Shown here: positions 1 through 11,700 of the stretch, piece after piece | Layout of the letters: each line of letters opens with the position of its first letter | Numbering within the stretch: position 1 is the first letter of the stretch | Assembly (NCBI GenBank): GCA_043228905.1 | Contig: JBHGNT010000012.1 | Span: 6,572,001-6,636,000 of the forward strand | DNA length: 64,000 nucleotides | Reading direction: 5' to 3' | DNA from: Azolla caroliniana | Taxonomy: Eukaryota; Plantae; Polypodiophyta | Position numbers and translations under genes: made by a program | The notes under the pieces: generated by a model | The model's input: the letters and a program-made list of their open reading frames with translations, nothing else | What the model was told of the DNA's origin: nothing | Databases searched by the model: none

Positions 1-1900
1 CTCAATATTCTCAAGCAACTTTTTGGTTCCCATCAAGGGAGAGTAGATTAGGTAGTAAAGTATTAATGGCCAATCACAAATAATAATGTGCAAATTATTG
101 AACATAAATCAATGAGATAAAACTAATCAAACACCTATATTCTTGCAAATATGGAGATTGGTTCAGAATTTCTTGTGGTTTGGTAAAATGGAGTGTCATC
201 CTCAAAGTGAAATGGGATGTTATTACCTTACGTCGTTCTAAGGGAGGATTGACTATTATTGATCTAGGAGACCAATCAAGAGCATTGTTAACTAAGTTGA
301 TTGTTAGAGGATTTACTTTGGGTCATTAGATATGGAAAGTATTGTTGCTTGACCATTGTTTGGAATGCTCTCCTCGCTTAGGTACACCTTGGTCAAAGGA
401 TATAAATTGGATATCTATGGATGGGAGAAAAAATTTATTCAAAGTATTTTTTCTGCATGGAAACATGTCTTACCTAGTTTGCTCCACAATAAACCCAACC
501 CTGTGTATTATGATGAGTATCTCAGACAAAGAGTAGTCTGGAACTCGTTGTTTACAACATTGACAAATGGTTTAGTGTCGGGTTCTAAATGGTGGTTGGC
601 ATGGGGAAAAATGGCAGGTCTTCCTAACTCAGTCAAGACCTAGTAGGTTTTTTTCTCGCACTCCTCACGCCCCTGAGAAGAGCAAAAACAAGTATTAGCT
701 AGCATGCATTAAGGACAATTAATGTATCATCAAATTCAGGAAGCTATGAACAGAGTCACCATACCACCCAATCGCTCTTCCCATAGTTGGGTTGGTGTTT
801 TCTCAAGAGTGGAAGTACTCTTGACTCTAAAGGGGTATTTTGAGGATAAGACCTTCACTTTTTTTATGTGGATAACGCAAATCAATTGTCTCAGTCACAG
901 GAAATGCTAATCGATTATCCTTATGTTGTTGAACACAAGATAAGGGTAATCGGATACGTCGATCGCAAATGGTATATTGATCCACCAATAGAGGATATAA
1001 GTTCACATTAGAAGTTGTGGGTGTTGGTGGTTCATATTAGATTGGGAACTAGTTGATGATCAATGGACAAATCCATTTACTGGCAACAACTTTAATTTTT
1101 TCCAATTTTTTGTACAGTTGGTTGGAAAGATGTGCTCTCAGATAGATGGGACATGTTACCAGCTGCATTTTAATATTGGAGTCAACAAGGTATTATTCCA
1201 AAGTTTCTTGCTAAGTTTTGGGTTAACCTATGGGCAAGAAAACAACCACGACAAATACTACATGTACGGTGGTTACTTGTGCATCAAGCCTTGCTTGTTG
1301 GCACATGGCTGAGTAAGATGGGCATACCATCCAACTCGTTATCATTTACAAGCTGAAACTCAAAAACATTGTCTATGGGCCTACATTGAGTCTTAATTTT
1401 AATTAGTATGGCAATGCCTCGTTCGAATATTTGCTCACTGCTTTCCCCATTGGTATTAACATGGGGCATGGTGGTTTGGACGTCACTTGTTCCCTCTATT
1501 TTCCATTACAACGCCAAATTTATGGACCATGGTTTTCACACCAAATTAGGAAGTGTTCATGCACTTCCATTAGTGTCTATGAAGTTTTTAAGGATAAGGA
1601 AAGACGTACAACCATTATGGGAGATACCGAGTAGTACTACTTTATATACATCTAGAAAGCAATTGAATTGGTTAAAAGTATTTGGTTGGACATTTGTTCA
1701 CACTTCGAAGGGTCAATGGGATTGTATTGTTGGAGATTCTGACAATAAAACTGCACGCCGCGATGAGTTTTCTTACTTACTTGGTGGACATCTACTCCAC
1801 TTATAACCTTGAAGAATGGCACTCCTTTTTGGCACTTTAAAACTTTGTAAATTGTTTACAGTAATGAATGGATCTCTTTCTATAAATTAAAAAAAATAAA
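1..1900 (+). mobile_element. Decayed L1-clade LINE, 3' part of ORF2 plus 3' tail
   Basis: Frameshifted remnants resembling L1 ORF2 downstream of RT (KVKWDVITL..SKGG, WKHVLPSL, HYNAKFMDHGF). Ends in GTAATGAATGG followed by an A-rich tail near 1889. Confidence 0.6.
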
Positions 1901-2188
1901 AAATCAAACACACATAGCAATCAAAACACATTGTAAATTGTTTACCGTAATGAATGGATATCTTTTTATAAATAAAAAATAAAAAAATCAAACACAAATA
2001 GGAATTGAAACTTAGTACTTTATGGGGAAAAAAAAGGAATCAAAACTTAGTAAATTGTTTACACCCATGAATGGATATCTTTGTATAAATCAAAAATCAA
2101 AAAACACATTGGAATGAGAACGTTGTAAATTGTTTACACCAATGAAATGAATATCTTTTTATAAATGAAAAATGAAACAATCAAACAC
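1845..2188 (+). repeat. Four diverged tandem copies of the L1 3' tail
   Basis: TTGTAAATTGTTTAC..AATGAATGGATATCTTT..ATAAAT plus A-rich tract recurs at about 1845, 1931, 2050 and 2123. Confidence 0.8.
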
Positions 2189-2204
2189 CTCTGATCTAAT
2201 TTCC

Positions 2205-2530
2205 CAGGTCGTTAACATGTAAATTCAGAGATCTATTCATGTAATTAGTGCCCTCCATTCTCAGATCATTAACATGTAAATTCATAGATCTATTCATGTA
2301 ATCTAATGACCTTGATTTTAAGATCATTAACATGTAAATTCATAGATCTATTCATGTAATCTAATGACCTCGATTTTAAGATCATTAACATGTAAATTCA
2401 TAGATCTATTAATGTAATCTAATGACCTCGATTTTAAGATCATTAACATGTAAATTCATAGATCTATTCATGTAATCTGATGACCTTGATTCTCAGATCA
2501 TTGACATGTAAATTCAGAGATCTATTAATA
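2205..2530. repeat. 58-bp minisatellite, about 5.5 copies
   Basis: Unit AGATCATTAACATGTAAATTCATAGATCTATTCATGTAATCTAATGACCTCGATTTTA starts at 2321, 2379 and 2437 (period 58), with diverged flanking copies. Confidence 0.9.
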
Positions 2531-2779
2531 TAACTTCAATGAAGTGTCTCTCCTCTGATATCAATGAAAACATATTCCAATAGTAGAAAGATTTGAATGG
2601 GGAAACTTTTAGGGTTGATTTAGATTATATACGCATTCATTAGAGTCTGAGAGTATTAGATGTACAAGATGTGAACCATATAAACTAAGAGAAAGTCAGG
2701 CATATCCATCCAGTACGGTTAGCTTAGCTAAACCAAGGGTAATTATATGGAGGGAAGGGCACCTTTATATGAAGGGAAA

Positions 2780-3190
2780 TTATTGGGATTTTGAAGGCTT
2801 GTTAATTGAATTTATAGCTTTCTCTTCTTCTTCTTCTTTTCTTCTTCTTTCTCTTTCTCCTTCTCCTTCTCCTTCTTCTTCTTCTTCTTCTTCTTCTTCT
2901 TCTACTTGTGCATCTTCTTGGATGGAACAAAGAATTTCCATATCCTTTTGCATATATTTGGAGCAAGACTTGTGGGTTTTCTTCTTCTTTATGGCCATTG
3001 TTGAGTGGGTTTGGGCTGTTAATGATGTCTCTTTGTTAGTCTTCTTGTTTTTGTTCTTGTTGTACTCTTCCAATTCTTCTTGATAGTAGTTGAGATGAGA
3101 GTAGAAACTAGTGTTGAGAGGAGCCCCATCATAATGTGAAATTGGGCCAAAAAAGAAGCACTCAGGGATGCCAAAGCTCATAGATCCCAT
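2780..3190 (-). CDS. Putative small acidic/charged orphan protein (136 aa)
   Basis: ATG-initiated ORF with a poly-Glu tract, preceded on the - strand by a TATAAA box (about 3321-3326) and a CT-rich leader typical of plant 5' UTRs. No family recognised. Confidence 0.4.
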   Translation of the reverse strand: MGSMSFGIPECFFFGPISHYDGAPLNTSFYSHLNYYQEELEEYNKNKNKKTNKETSLTAQTHSTMAIKKKKTHKSCSKYMQKDMEILCSIQEDAQVEEEEEEEEEEGEGEGERERRRKEEEEEKAINSINKPSKSQ

Positions 3191-4293
3191 GGAGGTCTTG
3201 TGGGAGAGAAGATAAGGTTGTGTAAAAAACCGAGGAAAGAGAGAGAGAGAGAGAGAGAGGATAAGGACTTACAAAGACTACAGAAAAAAACTTGAGAAAT
3301 GAGAGATATGGAGATAAGGATTTATATAAGAAAAGAGTAGACTCTAGAGAAAAAAAAGGGGAGGGGGGGACAAAGAGAAGTGGGATTAGGCCTTCTTTAT
3401 GAGGATAAATGTGACACATCACATCCTCTTCACTTTCTCTATCCATATACACAAAGACTAGTTTTTCTTTTCCTTTTCATTTGCTACAGCACTCGGGGAT
3501 CCGCTTACAAAACAAGCGGCCCAACGAATAGGAACGAGTCCGTCCATCTCTACATATTGGACGTGGTTTCAGATAGTGATAATCAGTACAATATATATAT
3601 ATCTTGATTTACCATTGTATGCTTCAGTGAATCATTTGAGCCCCAACACATTTTTCCATTGAGGATTTTGCAACTTTGGTCAGGAGCAAGGAACCTACGA
3701 CATAACATCATAGTTGCAAACCTTTTTTTGATACATAACAAATCGATTTATCTAAACCATACTTCCCTTTTCACTTTACACTTTGGCTTTCACATGGTAT
3801 GCAATTTTGAATGGAAGAATACATAATATGTACATTGTAGTACATATTCTTCATCGCTTTAACTTTTCGTATTTTTTTGGTAATTAGGCTTCTAATCAAA
3901 CAAGGTAGTAAACTAAAAATATGTAACCTTACATTGCAATTCCTTGATCTAGGCGAGAAAAATCTCCTCAAACGTCTAATATCCTTTCTTCTTTTCTTTG
4001 GAATACACTAGTGCCTCATCATTGTATATTTTTAATGCGTCCTCGAAAGAAACGTACTCATTGTTGGGCCCATTTCACACTAAAGTGGAGGAGAGGATTT
4101 TGACTTTAATACCTTGCCCACCATTGCCTCTAAAATTGGATTCAAGTATTTTTGCATCCCCCACAAAGTGCACCCTAGGTCAGGGGAAGAAGATAAACGT
4201 ATTTTAAGAGACTAATTGTCACTCGTCATTGAATGCCTAAGTTACACTAAGATGCAATTGTATAGATTATTTTCACTATCCCTCACAATTCAT

Positions 4294-4432
4294 TGCCAAC
4301 TTTCTACTCTAACACACTTAACTGAAAGTCACATTAGTTGATGGAATTACTTTTAAATTCACGTTGCCAACTTTCTACTCTAACATACTTAACACAAAGT
4401 CACATTGGTTCATGGAATTATTTTTTAATTCG
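4294..4432. repeat. About 70-bp direct tandem duplication
   Basis: TTGCCAACTTTCTACTCTAACA..CTTAAC..AAAGTCACATT.GTT.ATGGAATTA occurs twice. Confidence 0.75.
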
Positions 4433-5933
4433 TTGAGTAAAATTGAGTCATACTTAAATTTATTTATTTTTCCGAAGAAAGGGTGCTTCCCATTAGTTAG
4501 GTAAAGTGTCTTTACAATCCAATATGTACACCATTAATGTAATCATAGACACTCAAAAGTTCTGTCTACCACATTACCCTATATGGCACACTCCTCTTTA
4601 TTTATCATTGAACTCCTCTAAAACCAATACTAATCATGCACAGTAAAACGATATTGTAATCTTCATATATTCCAAGAGCACCAATTTGTGTTGATCATCC
4701 CGACACCTACAAAATTTCAGAAAAATACCACTTCCCTTCCTAGTTGGACTGCTAGGGCAAATATAGCCATTAAGGCGTGGCGTAACACCACTTTAGCACG
4801 CCGTTTACAAAGTCCACCAAGGGCAAGTTTGACCATGACTGTTGGAAGGAGAGTTATATATATTATATATTATAACAATTGACTTGTTCGTTAATTTTTT
4901 CAATTGATTGAATAAAATTCAGGATTCTATATATATTGGTGTGTACACTCCAAATGCCCTTAGATTTCCCCCTTTCGATGACAAAATAAATTTTGTTACT
5001 CGTAAGGGTTCTCATTTTTCTTTACTATTACTGCCTATCTATAGCATAAGCATCAACATTTTTCTTATTATTGTAAATAACATTGTTGCAATCATAATCT
5101 TCAACTCCATTCTCTCATTTTCACACCACTTTTATTGATACACCAAAATCAATGTGTGAGCATCAAAATCATTATGTATCACAACATGTTTAGTGCCCAT
5201 ATGGCAAGCAAGACTGTAAATAGCATGCGACAAAGGCTTATGTTAATATTTTTAATGCACATTATTTTTAGTGACCATATGAAAAGACTAACATCAATAC
5301 ACATTATTTTTAATGCTGAAATTTAGTAGTTACATTACTAGAAGGCTCTCTTCAGGTTTGGAGGACAACCAATAATGATTTGAAGCCCTCCTGAATTCAT
5401 TACATTGTGTTCTTTCCTCTTAAGAGTATCACAAATCTCTGAATCAGATTCTTGAGGTAAGTAACACAGACACAAAATATATACACAATCACAAAAAACC
5501 AACTGCTTAGTACTATATATACACAATCACAAAAAATCAACTGCTTAGTACTAGGGTAAGAAATCTTTTGATCCTAAATGGAACTAAACGAGAGATCACA
5601 AATAGCATTAGCCCATAACTCCATCCTGATAGACACATAGAAAATAAAGATATAGATTGATTTGAGTAATGAGCACTTATAATGGAATAAGTGGTTCTAA
5701 GTGTGCAAAAATAGCTTTTATATTCCCCTCAACCATATAAAAGGGACACTTAAACCTCGCAGTAGAAAGACTCCCTCCCATATCAGAACATGTCATCTCC
5801 TCCAAAACAGAAAAGATCAAATTGTCAATCTACTCCAATCTAATACCTAAAGGCATCTATATCTCATAAAACTATTTAGCAAAAATTGCACTTGGAGCAA
5901 ATAATTTCCCTTGAAATTTTATCATTATGTGGT

Positions 5934-6066
5934 TTATTTCTCGGAAGTTTCATCACTTTGGACAGGCAAAACATGTTTATGAGTTGCAACTGACAAATAT
6001 GTATTCCATGCCAAAGCAATAACATTTGCTGCCAACACCTGGCAACCACGTAACAAAAGATTAGAT

Positions 6067-6127
<61 letters not shown>

Positions 6128-8700
6128 GCCTTTGATCATATTCGACCATGCTTGCCATATATCTTCGACCAAGCCCAATCCTTGCACAAATTTCTCTCAC
6201 AACCACAATATGCACTCTCGATTGCAACATTCATTGTTAAGTTCTGGAACATCGAGAGTCGCTACTCACTTTCACACGTATCACATGAAATGTAATATTT
6301 TTGGTCTCATAAGTCATATTTCACCTCCGAAGACGATAGTATACTCTCTCCCTCTCTCATGATGATCAGCTACAAATTGGGAAGGGCCAAGATCATGATG
6401 AATTTGTTGGTAAGCACTTTATCTATGCCCGTCACACCTTGCTCCCATCGCTAGCACACATCTTTAATAGAGCCATGTGTGAAGGTTTCCCTACTAGATG
6501 GACTCAGCACACCATTGTGCCAATCCTCAAGAGTGGAGACCCATTGATGCCAACCAACTATAGGACAATCATGATTGGCCATTACTTGGCTAAACTATAT
6601 GGCTCAATTCTAGAATCAGAATTACGTATATGGGCAGAGTGGAATGGCTGCCATTCAGTTGGACAGGCAGGCTTTCCGAAGGGGTTCACAACTTTGGATC
6701 ACATATTCACCCTCCGGGCCCTTATTGAGGAGGACAGAGCCCATAATAAGAGGATTTACTGCTGCTTTGTGGATTTCCGAAAAGCCTTTGACACTGTGCC
6801 ACGTGCTCGGCTTATGCAGCGGCTAGAAGCCCTTGGTGTTCCTACAGATATGCAATGGGGAATCTATACACTATGAATCTGTGTCAGGAAAAGTGTGATC
6901 TCCCAAGGGTTTGTCAGAGGCTGTGGCTAGCACAATCGGAGTGAAGCCAGGATGCCCACTATCACCCACTCTCTTCGGTCTCTATATAGATGAGGTATCA
7001 CATTACATAGAGAGATTGGGGGGTTTGGGAGCACGCCTAGCAGGTATAGCTATACAAATATTACTATATGTTGATGATATTGTGTTGATTTCTAACTCTC
7101 CGGAGGGACTACAAAGACATCTAAATGCCTTAAAACTATTTTGTACGGACAAAGGTTTGTCAATCAACATGGATAAAACTAACGTGATAGTGTTTAACAC
7201 CACTCAAACATGGGTAACAAGATCAGAACCGGCATTCTTCTTGGGAGCAGAAAAGGTGGAATACACATACCTAGGAGTAACATTTACAAGGCCTAGGTTC
7301 TCCTTACAAGAGGCTGCTTGTGCCTGACTTTCTCATGGATATGCAACCCTTGGCGCTCTCAAGAGACAATGTGCACATCACGAACTAAGTTGTGGTTATT
7401 TGATACACTTGTCACACCAACTCTTCTCTATGGGGTAGAAACATGGGGATCGAGTGTTAACAAGGCAAATCATTGGAAAGATTTAGAGAGACCTTTAGTG
7501 TCAATGATTGCTCACATGATAAGGAGCAAATGATCGGTGCCCCACGATATAATCCAGGCAAAGATGGGAGCAGCACCTATAATCACCGAGGCATTGTTCC
7601 AATCAATGACATGTATCTAACGTCTTTGGGAGTTCCCTAAACGAAGGTACCCAATGTTGGCACTTATGTCATCAAGACAACTGGCTGAAAATGGAGACAT
7701 TCATTGTTAATATGCTGAAATGCAACAATCGTTCCAGTCACATGGCATGAGTATAAATGCCCTACCCCTGTTCCAATATAGCTTGGACTGTCCTCATCTA
7801 AATATGAGCAAAGTGGAAAAGAATAGAGTGATCCGAACTGATATTATTAACTTGAAAAACAAGATAACATGGATCAGCCCCAAAATACCACTTGGTACGA
7901 AGATGGCCCACTATAAGACACACTTCTTACACACATCGGAGGATGGATTCATCATGACTCCACCTTATATGGACATACATCTATCCTATGCATTGCGTAG
8001 TGTGATAGGGCAGCTGCGAACTTCATCACATGACTACCTCTAGAAGAGAGAATTTGCCAATTGTGTCATCAAGGAGTGGAATCCGAAGAACACTATGTTT
8101 GTCATTGTAGTGTCTTTTATGCAATCAGAAGGAGACATCATTGCCTCTTTAAACAAGGCTTTGGCCCACTACGAAAGGTAATGGAATATGAGGACCAACG
8201 GTGCCTAGGACTTTTCTTGCTAGAGCTCAAGCAACATCGGGAAAAGTTGTTGAAGAATACAGCCACACAAGCTCATCCACAAAGAGCAATCACAACTTTC
8301 TTTAGCCCCATCACTCCTACTAATGCTACAAGTCAATCATGGGATACACAAATGGGCTCCTAACCAGGACATAACAAAGGGGTTACAATTGATTGGGCAA
8401 TAGCAATTTCCCGTGCACGTAGGCCCCGACCCCATGGACCACAACCTCAACACCCTTGTTATTGACATATAAAAGCCATTATCTCCCACCATCGTAGGTG
8501 CTTCCCTCACTTCGAAGACATTTCCATTCCGGACCGACCTATGCTAGAGATCTTTCCGAAAACCAGATTCCCTCATCTCTTTTTATCTTATATACTTTTA
8601 TATTTACAGAGTATAACTTTATTTATTTATTTGTTGTTCTCAAAGACGAGACAACACTTAAGATGTAATCTCCATTTTGGCCTCTTAAAAGACGTTAATA

Positions 8701-8732
<32 letters not shown>

Positions 8733-11700
8733 CTTCTTTCTCTCTCTCTTATTCGGTCTTATAGGCCATTTTGGCCTCTTAAAAGACATTAATATATCTT
8801 TCTTTCTTTCTTTCTCTAACTTGAGGATCTCACATGTGCCAAAAACCAGATTCCCTCATTAATTTTCTTTTCATGTTATTTACTGTGTAATATTTATTTT
8901 ATTTTGATTTGTTCTCAAAGACGAGACAACACTTAAGATGTAATCTCTTATTTGGTCTTATAGGACGTTAATATTTTGGCTTCTTAAAAGACGTTAATAT
9001 ATCTTTCTTTCTTTCTTTCTTTCTTTTCTCTCTCTGTCTAGCTTGATTACTTGGTGATACCTTGTGAGCATCTGCAAATGGAAGAACTCAAGGTGCCGAG
9101 TGAATATATGTGTATGGTGTGTGTGTATGGGAGACAAAGAAGGCATATAAAGAGTTGCAAATTCTAGAGAGAGAAGAATGTAGGAAGAAAGAAAGAAGAA
9201 GAAAGATATATTAACGTCTTTTAAGAGGTCAATGGCCTATAAGACCAAACAAGAGATTACATCTTAAGTGTTGTCTCGTCTTTGAGAACAACAAACCAAC
9301 AAATCAAGGCACAGAATTTAGAAGACTGTACAAGATTGTAGGAAGAGAGAATGTAGAAAGAAAGATTTATTCTAGGCATAGAATGTAGAAGAGAGATAAT
9401 AAAGATGAAAGAGAGTACAAGTCTGGAGCTGCCACCCTCCACCTCCTCTAAGCTCTAGAATGGTGATCCAACATTGAGTTGATTGAAGAGCTTATCAATG
9501 AATTGCCTCGGAAGTGGCTTAGTAAACAAATCAGCCACATTTTCTTGAGTAGGACAATAGGCCAAATTGATGACTTATGATTTCATTAATTCACGAACAA
9601 AGTGATAGTGCACTTCAATATGTTTTGTTCTACCATGAAATGATGAGCTATGTGCCAATGCACGGGGACTTTGGCTATAAATGGAAATAACTTGGCAATA
9701 ACTCTAGATCCCTAACAAATCTTCCATTTCCCATCACCAAAGGTTGTGTGAAATCCATCATCATCTAGCTGTCCTGTGCTAATCAAGCTCTTCTTGAGCT
9801 GAGGTACATGCCGTACATGCTGAAGTGTGAAAGCAGAACCATGCTGAAACTGTAATTGCACAATGCCAATACCTGCAATTTCACATGCATAGTTGTCCCC
9901 AAGATGGACAACACCATGTCGACACCCTGTGTCATCTGAAAACCACTCACAATGAGGGGTGACGTGAAAAGAAGCACCGGAATCGAGTATCCATTTTCAC
10001 GTCAGTCGTCTAAAACCATTTTTAGGCTCTGATGATAACACCGTCACAATCCAAGATCTTGTAACATTAGAGAATTTTTCTTACAAACTTCATGTTCCTG
10101 AACAAATTCTTGATTCTCGTACTAAACGTTTACGTTCCAAAGAGATTCAGCTATTCAAGATCAAATGGATGGATAAACCTATTGATGATGCCACATGGGA
10201 ACGCGAGCATACTCTTAAAGCATAATTTCCTCACTGCATATTGCAAGAGTGCAATCTTTTAAAGTAGCAGAGTATGTTATGTACACATAACGTTGGTGAG
10301 GGTGGTAGGTCACTAATGTTTACATTAGTGAAGGGTAATGTTCACTAATGTTAAAAACGGGGCTAATGTGATTGGATAGAAGGAATGATCGGTGCATGCA
10401 CTATCATGATTTGGGCAACCAATGAATGGAGACCCTTTTAGAAAGGCACATCTATTCAAGGGGCCTAGGAAAAGGTATAATTACGAGACTTAGCTACCCT
10501 CATAAGCACATTACGTCTGAAGGCTGCTGTCTTAAACACCGGTGGTGCGGGCTAGGCTTTCGTCTCGACGATCGTGTTTATCTCTTCCAAGGTATTAGTC
10601 ATCCTAATATCCGGCGGTATGGGACGTCAGTGGTAGGTTGGCTATGTCTAGATCATAGCTCGGGGGTGGTCGGTGGAACGGGTTCTTCTATCCAATCTAT
10701 TTTCCTTCTTTTACTTTACTTTGGTCTATTGATTAGTAATAGACTCTTAACAGATGATGTTGGACAGCAAAATGACTCTCTTGATGGGCATATGCAGCCA
10801 CCTACTCATGCTGAAAACAGGGCTGGAAATGATATACAGCAGCCCATTAACAATGAAGATGTCAATGTACCACCTGATGTAGATCCATTGCCGGATAATG
10901 TGGACCATTGGGTAAGAAGATCTACACATCCTAGGAAGCAAGTGAATAGATATGACCCTTCTATACATTACATCATGTTATCAGATGAGGGTGGGCCTCT
11001 TACTTATCAAGAGGCGAAACTATGTGAGCACAAAAAGAAGTGGGAGTTAGCCATGCAAGAAGAGAAAACCCTTGCATGCAAATGATACTTGGGATTTGGT
11101 TTATTTGTCCAAAGAGAGGAAGGCCATTCCAAACAAGTGGGTATACAAAATCAAAATTGTTGATGGCAAACTCAAGTATAAGGCAAGGCTAGTTGCTAAG
11201 GGATATGCCCAAAAAGAGGGCATTGATTTCCAAGTGGTTTTGTCTCCAATGATTAAGATGACCACACTACGTGTCTTGTTTGTTCTCATAGCCACCTTGG
11301 ATTTGGAATTATTCCAAATGGATGTTAAAACTGTCTTTTTGCATGGTGATTTACACGAAGAGCTGTACATGAAACAGCCAAAAGGATATGCCATTCCTGG
11401 AAAAGAGCATCTGGTATGCAAGGTGAAAAGGAGCTTATATGGGCTGAAACAAGGCCCCAAGCAATGGTATAAGAAGTTTGATGCATTTATGCTCGAACAT
11501 GGGTTCAAAACAAGCCATGTTTGAGCCATCCAACGTCTTTTCATGCGTCAAAGAATTCTTACTCCTTGCTGAAAATCTTAGCAGTCATTAACTCGTTACT
11601 CTTCACACTGATAGAGGGGGTGGGGTGAGTACATGTCTCAAGAGTTCAATGCTTTCTTGAAGGACAGAGGTATTGTCCATCAATGCACCACTCCATACAA

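Noticed and set aside
2205-2530. CRISPR-like array of semi-palindromic repeats
   Set aside because: The units are contiguous with no unique spacers, there are no cas genes, and the context is eukaryotic. It is a minisatellite.
10426-11085. 219-aa ORF as a host gene
   Set aside because: Chance read-through from Gypsy LTR sequence into a Copia pol fragment.
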